In this document: one piece after another, positions 18,186-27,355 of the stretch
Numbering within the stretch: the stretch's first letter is position 1
Layout of the letters: each line of letters opens with the position of its first letter
NCBI GenBank assembly: GCA_022449765.1
Contig: JAKUPZ010000006.1
Location: forward strand, 16,897-80,896
DNA: 64,000 nucleotides
Direction of reading: 5' to 3'
DNA from: Dehalococcoidia bacterium
Lineage (GTDB): Bacteria; Chloroflexota; Dehalococcoidia; Lucifugimonadales; Australimonadaceae
The notes under the pieces: generated by a model
Told to the model about the DNA's origin: nothing
What the model saw: the letters and a program-made list of their open reading frames with translations, nothing else
The model's database searches: none
Translations under genes and position numbers: made by a program

Positions 18186-19880
18186 CTACACAAAAGCAAG
18201 AGCCTTACTCCTCGCCACGCGGCCAGGAAGAGCACCTGTATGTATCCCATTCTTCAATAGAATTTCCCCATTCACAATTGTAAATAAAACTCCTATCGCT
18301 TCTTGCTTTAATCTGGTCAATCCACCAGGTAAGTCATCCACTTCCTCAGGTTCCAAAGCACCCACTGTATCAGGGTCAAAAATAACTATGTCTGCATTAA
18401 ATCCTGGGCGTATCAGGCCTCGATCATACAATCCATATATAGAGGCCTGCATAAACGTTAGCTTTCTTACAGCTTCCTCTAATGAAAGGGCTTTTTCTTC
18501 ACGAACCCATCTACCAAGGACCATTGTGCTGTACCCATAACCTGCCTCAAAAACTACATGCGCTCCAGCGTCAGATAAGCCTATCAAGGTATAAGGACTG
18601 GATATCAACGCAGCCATAACTCCACCGTCAGCTCCCTGCTGTGAATTTTGCAGCCCTGTCCCCAGTTCTTCATCTACCATCAATTCTAAGAAGGCATCTA
18701 ATACCTCTTTCCCTTGGGATTGAGCCATTTCAGCAATGCTCATACCTTGGAAATGACGATTGGCCTCTTTCAATGTTCTGGTAATTAAAATACGATCCCA
18801 TTTAATTGGTAATGCGCCGATCGGCAAATCATCGCCATCAACTGCTTCTTTCTTCAAAGCATCTCTTAGATCCATATCATTAAAAGCAGCTATTTTCTCC
18901 TGTACTGTACCAAGCATTATTGGTCGCCACGTTGGGAGTCGGTCAAAAATTTGCGCATTTCGCATTGTGAAACGCTGTGCTGAAGGGCGGGGATTCACAA
19001 CCGGGTATACTTGGTACCCTTCGCTTATCCGCTTCTCCACTAGATCAAGATGCATTTTCCATCTATCGGGTTCGTTTGAATTATGAACGATTTGATTGTA
19101 TACAACCGGTCTATGTGAAACTTCACCAAGCCTTGTCGCAAACCCATCTCTAATTTCTAATGGGTACGCAGCCCCGCATTGGATGACTCCTGCCCCAACA
19201 TCTTTGAGCGCAGTTGCAAGCTCATATAACTCTTCTACGGGAGGTACAATTCCAGGAATAGGTCGGCCCAATAAATCCATATGCCCACGATTGCGATTAA
19301 ATGAGATCCCTAAAGCTCCAGCCTGAATAGACTCTCTGAGTAAATCTTTCATTTGCGATAATTCAGCTTCAGTAGCTATCTCACGTTCATAAGCATCTTC
19401 ACCCATAACCCAGCGTCTTATAGCTGAGTGACCAACAAGTGAACCCGCATTAATACCAAGATTTTGATCAATAAAATCTAAATACTCACCAAAGGAAGTC
19501 CATTCCCAAGGTATTCCTTCTTTTAAGCTTTCCATCGGAATAGCCTCAACTCTCGAAAGCATCATAGCGAGGTCTTCGCGATCTTCAGGCTTAGTAGGTG
19601 CCAGAGTTAGCGAACAATTGCCAAAAATTACGGTTGTAACACCGTGTTGTGGAGAAAAAGTACATAACGGATCCCAAGTAACCTGAGCATCAAAGTGACA
19701 ATGGTTATCAATGAAACCAGGTGCTACGACTAAGCCAGAAGCATCAATTACTTGGCGAGCAGATGTCCCAAGGTGGCCTATGTCAGTTATTCGTCCTTCT
19801 ACAATGCCAACATCCGCAATAAATGAAGGCATCCCTGAACCATCAGCAATCCGACCATTTTTTATCAGTAAATCGTACAT
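18186..19880 (-). CDS. D-aminoacylase-like amidohydrolase (N-acyl-D-amino-acid deacylase family)
   Basis: 564 aa. The N-terminus YDLLIKNGRIADGSG...VAPGFIDNHCHFD is the metal-binding HxH motif of this family. Confidence 0.7.
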   Translation of the reverse strand: MYDLLIKNGRIADGSGMPSFIADVGIVEGRITDIGHLGTSARQVIDASGLVVAPGFIDNHCHFDAQVTWDPLCTFSPQHGVTTVIFGNCSLTLAPTKPEDREDLAMMLSRVEAIPMESLKEGIPWEWTSFGEYLDFIDQNLGINAGSLVGHSAIRRWVMGEDAYEREIATEAELSQMKDLLRESIQAGALGISFNRNRGHMDLLGRPIPGIVPPVEELYELATALKDVGAGVIQCGAAYPLEIRDGFATRLGEVSHRPVVYNQIVHNSNEPDRWKMHLDLVEKRISEGYQVYPVVNPRPSAQRFTMRNAQIFDRLPTWRPIMLGTVQEKIAAFNDMDLRDALKKEAVDGDDLPIGALPIKWDRILITRTLKEANRHFQGMSIAEMAQSQGKEVLDAFLELMVDEELGTGLQNSQQGADGGVMAALISSPYTLIGLSDAGAHVVFEAGYGYSTMVLGRWVREEKALSLEEAVRKLTFMQASIYGLYDRGLIRPGFNADIVIFDPDTVGALEPEEVDDLPGGLTRLKQEAIGVLFTIVNGEILLKNGIHTGALPGRVARSKALAFV

Positions 19881-19971
19881 ATTCCCTCCTGTAAGTACGT
19901 TTCACCAACTATCCCAATCAGGCTCAAAGACTACTCCGAGTGGCGAGTTCCAGCAATACAAATAGAGAATG

Positions 19972-20766
19972 CTAATCCCAGCGAGTTTTGGGGCGGGTTT
20001 CCAAAACCCCGTCCACATACATGTCTACTTTACCTTGAGGGAAACAAATGCAATTTTGAATCGCAGAGACTTCCGGGATCGGATTGTTATAAACCCAAGC
20101 TATATCCTCAATGGATTCTTCTTCGTTCTTAAAGTCATAGTATTGCGCCTCACCTTTGTAAGGTGAAGGAATTTTTCGAGAATTTTGCGCAAGGTATGAA
20201 GTTATCACGTCGGATAATGGAATATAAAAACGCCTTGGGAGACCCGTCTCTACGAGCAAAATTGGACTAGTAGTTTTAGCTACGAGCAGTGAATTTATAT
20301 AGATTTCAATTAGGCGATTACTACGAAGACAATCGACCCTTGTGTAAGGATCTTTGACACCGAAAAACACCTGCTCATTTTCCTCAAACCAAGCATCCAC
20401 TTTGCTCCAATAGAATGCAACATACCCGCGAATATCAAGGCAGTCTTCAAGCGGTTCCGAATAGCACCACACCGCGTCTTCACTGAATGAATCCCCAACT
20501 CTGATGCTCCAATACTGAGCATCCCCTTTGATTGGTCAATGCGTTGAGCGAATTGAGGTCTCCAAAAGTTCCATCCGGACATCACTAAAAGGGAAATAAT
20601 AAACAGGCTGATGGTTTGTCTCATGCATTATGAGAACCCTGCTACTACTTGCAATTGTTTCTCCCGCAAACTCCACTCGGATTTTCTTAGAAGTGGGCTC
20701 CATAAATGCCAAGTGCTCATTTATCCCTTGAGCGTTTGCACTTAATGCCCTGAAAGCTTGTGTCAT
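19972..20766 (-). CDS. tandem DUF427 protein with one in-frame UGA at 20536..20538 (candidate selenocysteine codon; alternatively a pseudogene or sequencing error)
   Basis: - ORFs 20536..20766 and 19972..20472 share one frame.
- The 21 intervening codons read PIKGDAQYWSIRVGDSFSEDA.
- The joined 264-aa protein has two DUF427 repeats.
- The UGA occupies the Cys position of the H-C-P-x-K-G-x-A-x-Y-W motif.
- GGGAGG lies 5 nt upstream of the ATG at 20766. Confidence 0.6.
20503..20523 (-). other. SECIS-like stem-loop 12 nt downstream of the in-frame UGA
   Basis: The mRNA reads UGA-CCAAUCAAAGGG-GAUGCUC-AGUAUUG-GAGCAUC. This gives a perfect 7-bp stem and a 7-nt loop with G at its second position. 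Confidence 0.4.
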
Positions 20767-20854
20767 GCTGACCTCCCGAAGCTAAAGAATACTGAAAAAC
20801 ATGCAGGAAACCTGCAGTCACGATATATTATCGCTATAACCCGAGGTAAAGCGA

Positions 20855-21586
20855 ATGATAGAACTAGAAACTGGGGCTTGGGCTGCCCTGGCGCTTGGAT
20901 TTTTATTGGGCCTAAAGCATGCTACTGACGCGGATCATGTAGTAGCTATTTCTGTGATCGCAAAAGAAGAGGCCAGCGCATGGAAGGGAATTTGGGTAGG
21001 GTTATCGTGGAGCCTAGGCCACACAACTCCTCTTTTTGTTTTAGGAATCATTATCCTTTTATTAAAAGAGGCAGTTTTAACGCATTACGTTAATTTCGCA
21101 CCAACTCTAGAGCTTTTTGTAGGCTTCATGTTGCTTTTCCTAGGGTTCCAAGTGTTCTATAACCTCCAAAGAGGGACCCTTCACCTACACCAACATGAGC
21201 ATGACGGACAATCCCACTTACATGTTCACGCGACCCATGCTACTGAAATCGAACCGATAAAAATCTCTACCCATAATTTTTGGAGTATGAGCAAGCCTTC
21301 CTTTCGAACGAAATCGTACGTTATTGGGGTAATCCATGGACTTGCGGGTAGTGCGGCAGTAATGCTTGTACTTCTTCCTCAAATAGAGTCTATTTGGGTT
21401 GGAGTTGGTTATTTAGTGATGTTTGGAGTAGGAACATGCATATCAATGTGTGCAATAACAATAGCGCTTAGTGTTCCTTTTGCGCTCACTGCCAACGCAA
21501 AAAATTTCAATACTTACATTGCGTTCATAGCGGGGCTAGCCAGCACAGCGTTCGGCTGCGTAATAATTTATGGATATTTCTCTTAG
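20855..21586 (+). CDS. NiCoT-like nickel/cobalt transporter family membrane protein with a His-rich loop
   Basis: It has the signature GLKHATDADHVVAI (HX4DH) in TM1, a LGHTTPL motif, and a central loop LHLHQHEHDGQSHLHVHATHATE. It has about 6 TM segments. Confidence 0.55.
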   Translation: MIELETGAWAALALGFLLGLKHATDADHVVAISVIAKEEASAWKGIWVGLSWSLGHTTPLFVLGIIILLLKEAVLTHYVNFAPTLELFVGFMLLFLGFQVFYNLQRGTLHLHQHEHDGQSHLHVHATHATEIEPIKISTHNFWSMSKPSFRTKSYVIGVIHGLAGSAAVMLVLLPQIESIWVGVGYLVMFGVGTCISMCAITIALSVPFALTANAKNFNTYIAFIAGLASTAFGCVIIYGYFS

Positions 21587-21617
21587 CAAATTCTTATTCT
21601 GATTCTTGAGTAAGGAT

Positions 21618-22946
21618 TTACTTGGCATGAATGTCATTCTTCAATGGCGGGGTCAGAAGCGAAAATTGCCCAGGCGTATCGATAACTTTTTCAGCTTCAA
21701 CAAACTCTTCTAAAATTTCACCCTCACCAGACAATGTTGCTTCCACTGTGTTATTTACAACAATATTGGTAAATGGTCCTCGCGGAATACCTTCATAACC
21801 TGGATAATCAAAGCTTTCACATGGAGCAATAATTATTTCGTTTTGAGAAGCATCTCGATACGTATTCATCGGATCTTCCCCTTCTTGAACTAATCGCATT
21901 TGCTCTTCGAGAAGCCTGCGATACATTATGACTCCAATATCTCCAACGCCTAACCTTTCGGTAGTTCGATCAGTAATGCTTCCTTGGATAATCCAAGCAA
22001 CTTGATCCTGACCAATTACATAGTCACGTCGAATTTTTCCTAATTCGTCAAAGGGCTCAAATTTTTCATGTGGGATATAGTCGGTTGATTCCTCACCCGA
22101 ACGTAACGCGCGCCACTCAAGCATGAAATGTAGTGTATGGGTATCATCCACCGGTACTCTGCATTGCAAATCTTGTCCGATTCTCAAAATATTAGGGAAA
22201 AATATAGGATGACCCATTTTCCAATGGTCGCTTTCCTCAGTCTCGTCTCCAACTAGTCGTCGCTTTATAATCCCATAATCTGTAACTTCAAACCCAATTT
22301 TTTTATGATCTGCTCCTCTACCGCCAATTTGCCTGTTCCAGCTATCGCGCTGCTCTATCGGCATTAATTTATTCATTTGCCAGCCACCCCAATAACGATG
22401 AAGCCATTGAAAGTGAAGAGGGTCCATTGAATTTTCCATACACTGTAACCAATTACAGGGAAGTTCAACTGACCAAGTTGTGCGAACACCAGGCCAAACC
22501 AACATATCGTAATTGGGCAAAAGGGGAGCAGGCGTAGGCCCTAAGTAAAGCCAAATAACCCCAGCTATTTCCTGAGCTTTATAGGCCTTAATTCTCACTT
22601 TTTCTTTGAATTTTGAACCTTCAGGTTCTGAAGGTTGATCAACGCACTGACCATTCTCATCGAAAATCCACCCATGATAGGCACATCGGATACCGTTTTC
22701 TTCAGGAACCCCATATGCCAGACTTGCTTTTCGATGGGCACATGACGGTTCGATTACACCTACTACTCCCTTTGTAGTTCGGAATAAAACTAGATCCTCG
22801 CCTAATAATCTAATTTCTTTAGTAGGATTGTCCAAATCCAATTCTGCACTAGCAGCTATTGGGTGCCAGTATCGACGCATAAGCTCACCCATAGGAGTAC
22901 CTGGTCCTACCTGCGTTAGACGGTCATTCTGCTCTTGGGTAAGCAT
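21618..22946 (-). CDS. Rieske 2Fe-2S oxygenase, alpha-subunit type (paralogue 1)
   Basis: It has the Rieske motif CAHRKASL...CAYHGW and the N-terminus RLTQVGPGTPMGELMRRYWHP shared with the other paralogues. A C-terminal catalytic domain carries H-rich mononuclear-iron motifs (DPLHFQWLH). Confidence 0.8.
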   Translation of the reverse strand: MLTQEQNDRLTQVGPGTPMGELMRRYWHPIAASAELDLDNPTKEIRLLGEDLVLFRTTKGVVGVIEPSCAHRKASLAYGVPEENGIRCAYHGWIFDENGQCVDQPSEPEGSKFKEKVRIKAYKAQEIAGVIWLYLGPTPAPLLPNYDMLVWPGVRTTWSVELPCNWLQCMENSMDPLHFQWLHRYWGGWQMNKLMPIEQRDSWNRQIGGRGADHKKIGFEVTDYGIIKRRLVGDETEESDHWKMGHPIFFPNILRIGQDLQCRVPVDDTHTLHFMLEWRALRSGEESTDYIPHEKFEPFDELGKIRRDYVIGQDQVAWIIQGSITDRTTERLGVGDIGVIMYRRLLEEQMRLVQEGEDPMNTYRDASQNEIIIAPCESFDYPGYEGIPRGPFTNIVVNNTVEATLSGEGEILEEFVEAEKVIDTPGQFSLLTPPLKNDIHAK

Positions 22947-23095
22947 TTTCCCTCCAGTGAAAATTCAGATTTTCTATTAGAAATATTAACTATTTTAAGA
23001 AGAGATGGAAATCCCTAAAACAATATAGTTCATATGTGGTATTTTATCCGAAATAAGCTTTGCTTGCGTCTCGCTAGTTAAAGGAAGGCACGTAA

Positions 23096-24442
23096 ATGTT
23101 GAGGCAATCTGATAATGAATTATTGACACGAGTAGGGCCAGGTACTCCCATGGGGGAACTCATGCGAAGATATTGGATTCCTGGCATCTTGTCATTTGAA
23201 GTAGTTGCTGATGGTAAGCCCCATCGTACTAGGCTACTGGGCGAAGACCTCTTGGTAATGCGTTTTAGTTCAGGGCAAACAGCAGCTATGGTCCCTTCGT
23301 GCCCTCACCGAGGAGCATCTTTATTTTTTGGTAGAAATGAACAAGAAGGCATTAGGTGTGTTTACCACGGTTGGAAGTTTGATGAAGAAGGGCATTGCAT
23401 AGACATGCCGTCAGAACCACCTGAATCGAATTTCAAGAGCAAGGTAAGTATCAAAACATATGCGACTAGGGAAAGGAACGGGGTTATCTGGGTATACATG
23501 GGCCCTAAACAAGACACCCCACCAGATTTACCGGAGCTCCAGTGGAACTTGGTGCCTGAAGCACATTGCTATCTCACAAAGCGAGTAGCTCAAAATAATT
23601 ATATGCAGGCAATGGAAGGCGAAATTGATTCCTCGCATTCAGGGTTTTTACATTCAAGATTCGTCGATCCTTTTTCCGGGACGGAGCGTACCGGTGGTAC
23701 TTATCAACAAGGTCTAGTTTACAAAATGAATGACCGACATCCACGCTTCCAAGTACTAGATACTGATTATGGAGTGTTAATTGGTGCACAACGTAACGCT
23801 GAAAAAGACTCTTACTACTGGCGTATCACACAATTCTTATATCCATTCCACACTATTATCCCTCCTTATGGCGATAACCCTGCGTTCAGTGGGCATGCAT
23901 GGATCCCAATGGATGACGAGCATACGATTGCACTTTGCTTTACTTATCATCCAACTGAAGAATTAAGCCCCACTATGATAAGAGGCCTGCAGAACGGGCC
24001 AAGGGAAGGTCAAGAAGGATTACATCCTACGGTACATGCATTTCTTCCACCTTCTAGCAAGCCTGAGGCGAATTGGTGGCCGAAGCATCATATCGACAAC
24101 GATTTCAATATTGACTGGGATATACAAAAGGAAATTCAATATACGGGACTTCCAGGCACCTGGGTACAGGATTCAGGTATGCAAGAAACCATGGGGACTA
24201 TAGTCAATCGCGGAAATGAGCATCTTGGCATCAGTGATAGTGCCATTATCAGAACTCGAAAGGCACTCATACGCGCAGCAAAGCTACTGAATGAGCACGG
24301 AATAGAACCCATCTCTGTACAGAATCCAACTGGGTACAATGTGCGCTCAGCTGCAGTCGTTCTAGCCCGAAGCGAAAACTGGGTTGAGGGATCAGAATAT
24401 TTTAGGCATGCTTCTAGTAGCGTGAATTACTCAGCGGTGTAG
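23096..24442 (+). CDS. Rieske 2Fe-2S oxygenase, alpha-subunit type (paralogue 2, phthalate-family-like)
   Basis: It has CPHRGASL...CVYHGW and an N-terminal LTRVGPGTPMGELMRRYW. The motif EGEIDSSHSGFLH is a candidate iron ligand region. Confidence 0.8.
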   Translation: MLRQSDNELLTRVGPGTPMGELMRRYWIPGILSFEVVADGKPHRTRLLGEDLLVMRFSSGQTAAMVPSCPHRGASLFFGRNEQEGIRCVYHGWKFDEEGHCIDMPSEPPESNFKSKVSIKTYATRERNGVIWVYMGPKQDTPPDLPELQWNLVPEAHCYLTKRVAQNNYMQAMEGEIDSSHSGFLHSRFVDPFSGTERTGGTYQQGLVYKMNDRHPRFQVLDTDYGVLIGAQRNAEKDSYYWRITQFLYPFHTIIPPYGDNPAFSGHAWIPMDDEHTIALCFTYHPTEELSPTMIRGLQNGPREGQEGLHPTVHAFLPPSSKPEANWWPKHHIDNDFNIDWDIQKEIQYTGLPGTWVQDSGMQETMGTIVNRGNEHLGISDSAIIRTRKALIRAAKLLNEHGIEPISVQNPTGYNVRSAAVVLARSENWVEGSEYFRHASSSVNYSAV

Positions 24443-25678
24443 CTAACTGTCAAAATCTAGAGTAGGAACCTGGTGATTAAGCATAACTTCTTTTCTTGAC
24501 CCCGCAGACTCAATCATTGCAAGGCACACTTCCATTGTAGCTTTTGCCCATCGACCATCATGTATCACTTTCTTCTTGGAAAAAATTGCGTGGTAAAGCT
24601 CTTCAATAACCGCGCCTCTTCCTTGTAACCCTACCCAAGGTTCTGGGCTAACTAACTGAAATCCATCATCCGAATAAACACCTACGCCATCAGGTAGCAT
24701 ACGAAGATCACCATTATTACAAGTGACAATGAAAGAACCCAATTCTCCTTGCAATAGAGATCCAGATGTTTGGGGTTTAGCAGAGCTGAAAACAGAGTTA
24801 ATCCCACCAAATCCTGTATCTACGCGCATCGCCACTTCGCCTTCAGCATCGACTGCGGAGGATAGAATTCGCTTAGTAGAACCGTATTGGGTAGATTTTT
24901 TGGGGCCTTGATTGTTGGATAATTCAGACGATTCAAAATGATCATAGCCACTATAGGTTAGTGTTGCCGATACCCCGTTATGAAACTCCAAAAAGGCATT
25001 ACAACTTCCTTCTGTATGTCGAAGTGGATCCAAGTCATACATTGATGCTTTCACACTTCGTGCCAATCCTCCCGCTATGAAACGAATAGCATCCACTTGA
25101 TGAGGTATCTGGTTGTACATGATGCCTCCACCAAGCTTACTGACAAGTTCCTCGGGTCTTCGCGGGCGGTACAGAAAATCGGTATATGCGGTAGCACTCA
25201 TAAATGCGAGTTCCCCAAATTCTTTCTCAACAACAAGCTTTCTCATTTTTTGTACTACTGGATTGAAGCTCGCGGTATGACCCACAATTAAATGAACTCC
25301 CAAGCGTTCCGAAGCGGCTATCATGGCATCACAGTCGTCCATCGAAAGTGCCATCGGTTTTTCTACAATTGCATGTTTTCCGGCTTCGGCAGCCATTAAA
25401 AAATGCTCGACATGTAGCGCATGTGGCGTTGCAATATAAACTGCATCGACCGAATTACTGCTGCATAAATCTGCTGCATTTTTGTAGGCTTCACCCCCGA
25501 ATTCAGATTTGAATTTTTCCAAATGCTGAGGGTATAAATCAGCAGCAGCAGTGACTTGGACATTAGGGTGCTGAGCCAAGGCTGTTAACATCCCCGATCC
25601 CGCGCGTCCTAACCCAATAACACCAATGCGTAACTCTTGCCTTTTCATTTCACTTTTTGTCCATCTATTCTTAATCAA
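24443..25678 (-). CDS. Gfo/Idh/MocA family oxidoreductase
   Basis: It has the N-terminal Rossmann motif IGVIGLGRAGSG and the EKPMA motif typical of the family. Confidence 0.8.
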   Translation of the reverse strand: MIKNRWTKSEMKRQELRIGVIGLGRAGSGMLTALAQHPNVQVTAAADLYPQHLEKFKSEFGGEAYKNAADLCSSNSVDAVYIATPHALHVEHFLMAAEAGKHAIVEKPMALSMDDCDAMIAASERLGVHLIVGHTASFNPVVQKMRKLVVEKEFGELAFMSATAYTDFLYRPRRPEELVSKLGGGIMYNQIPHQVDAIRFIAGGLARSVKASMYDLDPLRHTEGSCNAFLEFHNGVSATLTYSGYDHFESSELSNNQGPKKSTQYGSTKRILSSAVDAEGEVAMRVDTGFGGINSVFSSAKPQTSGSLLQGELGSFIVTCNNGDLRMLPDGVGVYSDDGFQLVSPEPWVGLQGRGAVIEELYHAIFSKKKVIHDGRWAKATMEVCLAMIESAGSRKEVMLNHQVPTLDFDS

Positions 25679-25706
25679 GACTCTTATTTTTAGTGGGGAG
25701 AAGAAT

Positions 25707-25780
25707 TGGCTGCCCCGTTAGGATTCGAACCTAAGTCAACAGATTCAAAGTCTGCTGTGCTACCACTGCACCACGGGGCA
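25707..25780 (-). tRNA. tRNA-Gln (anticodon UUG)
   Basis: The reverse complement reads TGCCCCGTGGTGCAGTGGTAGCACAGCAGACTTTGAATCTGTTGACTTAGGTTCGAATCCTAACGGGGCAGCCA. The anticodon loop is CU-UUG-AA and the CCA is encoded. Confidence 0.9.
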
Positions 25781-25828
25781 AAGTCAAAAGCACATTCTAC
25801 TCTTAATTAAGCCATGGCGTCATCACCC

Positions 25829-26161
25829 TTAATCAATTGAAATAGTCGGCGAAAATGAAGTTTTAATCCAAATTGAATTCTGGATATTTGCCACTAGTGG
25901 GCCATTTTCCTCAGATTTTGCAAATGCAGTTGCTAATTCGGGATCTTTTCGGAATTCTGCCCATTTTGATAGGCGTTCATTATCATCTTCCCATTCAAGG
26001 ATGTAATGAAGCTTCGTGTTGTCTCCGATTCCTTCAGTCCAGTAGCCCAATGGTCGAAACCCGTACTTCAAAAACATTTGATGCGTTGTGTCTTCAAACC
26101 GTTTCGCAAGAGCACGCAGTTTTCCAGGCATTGCAGTGTATGTACGCATTTCATAAATCAT
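25829..26161 (-). CDS. NIPSNAP family protein
   Basis: 110 aa. The pattern MIYEMRTYT..PGK......F......F.KYG..P.GYW is characteristic of NIPSNAP domains. Confidence 0.7.
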   Translation of the reverse strand: MIYEMRTYTAMPGKLRALAKRFEDTTHQMFLKYGFRPLGYWTEGIGDNTKLHYILEWEDDNERLSKWAEFRKDPELATAFAKSEENGPLVANIQNSIWIKTSFSPTISID

Positions 26162-26182
26162 TATTTATTTCCACTTCTCACT

Positions 26183-27217
26183 TTAATTTTCCCACATGCT
26201 CGGCTGCGTTATGTTGAATTTTGAGGGCAAACTCATACCCAAATGTTCATATGCAGCACGTGTAAGCGTTCTCCCTCTCGGTGTCCTATTCAAAAAACCT
26301 AATTGAATTAAATAAGGTTCATAGACGTCCATGAGAGTATCCGATTCTTCACCAGTAGATGCCGCCAAAGTATCGATGCCTACAGGGCCTCCGTCATATT
26401 TTTCAGCAATAGTGGTTAAAAGCCGGTGATCAATTTCATCTAACCCCAGATGGTCCACTTCAAGCAGTCCCAAGGCTTGCGATGACACTTCTTGTGTGGC
26501 ACGTCCATCAGCTCTAACTTGAGCAAAATCTCTTACCCTTCGAAGTAGCCTGTTTGCTACTCGCGGGGTTCCTCGTGATCTACGAGCTATCTCAGTGATT
26601 CCACCTTGATCAATCTCTAAAGTCATAATGCCGGCTGATCTTCTAACTATAGATTCCATAGCCGATTGATCATAATAATCCAATCTATATACTGTACCGA
26701 ATCGGTCCCTTAGCGGGGCACTAAGCATTGAATACCTTGTGGTCGCACCGATCAAGGTAAATGGCTCTACTTTCAGGTTTATGCTTTGTGCCTGAAGACC
26801 TTTACCCATAACCCAAGACAAAGAAAAGTCCTCCATTGCAGGATATAAAATTTCCTCAACAACTTTTCCTAATCTGTGGATTTCATCAATAAACAGTACA
26901 TCTCCGGCCTTTACCTGAGTAAGTAACGAGGCCATATCTCCTGGTCTTTCAACAGCAGGGCCTGCGGTGATACGAATATTAGATTGCATTTCAGCCGCAA
27001 TAATACTGGCTAAAGTTGTTTTACCTAACCCTGGAGGGCCATAAAGTAATACGTGGTCAAGAGGTTCACCGCGCTGCTTAGCTGCGTCCATCCCAATAAC
27101 TAAGTTATCCTTAACTTTGTCTTGGCCAACATAGTCCGATAGTTTCCGCGGGCGCAAGCCTCCCTCAGAATAAGAATCCTCATCATTTATGTTTCCTGAA
27201 ACTATCCGATCAGTCAT
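26183..27217 (-). CDS. ruvB: Holliday junction branch migration ATPase RuvB
   Basis: It has [16 protein letters not shown], Walker [10 protein letters not shown], Walker B LFIDEIH and the TTR sensor. I prefer the Met at 27217 over the track start at 27286. Confidence 0.9.
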   Translation of the reverse strand: MTDRIVSGNINDEDSYSEGGLRPRKLSDYVGQDKVKDNLVIGMDAAKQRGEPLDHVLLYGPPGLGKTTLASIIAAEMQSNIRITAGPAVERPGDMASLLTQVKAGDVLFIDEIHRLGKVVEEILYPAMEDFSLSWVMGKGLQAQSINLKVEPFTLIGATTRYSMLSAPLRDRFGTVYRLDYYDQSAMESIVRRSAGIMTLEIDQGGITEIARRSRGTPRVANRLLRRVRDFAQVRADGRATQEVSSQALGLLEVDHLGLDEIDHRLLTTIAEKYDGGPVGIDTLAASTGEESDTLMDVYEPYLIQLGFLNRTPRGRTLTRAAYEHLGMSLPSKFNITQPSMWEN

Positions 27218-27355
27218 AGCAATTCCTGTATTCAGCAGAATGATTGTATATACGGCTTTAAGCAATGGGCAATGACATATTTCCATGAATTAGCTTAAGC
27301 TGCCAATTTGCTATTATTGAAGATACATTGCGGCTGACGAAAATGAGAGGTCTTT

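Noticed and set aside
20310-20624. A 104-aa minus-strand ORF that bridges the two DUF427 halves in another frame. It raised the possibility of a frameshifted gene.
   Set aside because: It is out of frame with both conserved halves and has no family resemblance. Simply reading through the TGA in the original frame restores the conserved PIKGDAQYWSI motif, so no frameshift is needed.
22971-22983. The palindrome TTTCTA-T-TAGAAA between the divergent Rieske genes, considered as a candidate operator.
   Set aside because: It has only 6-bp arms in a very AT-rich spacer, so it could easily arise by chance. It is not reported as a finding.
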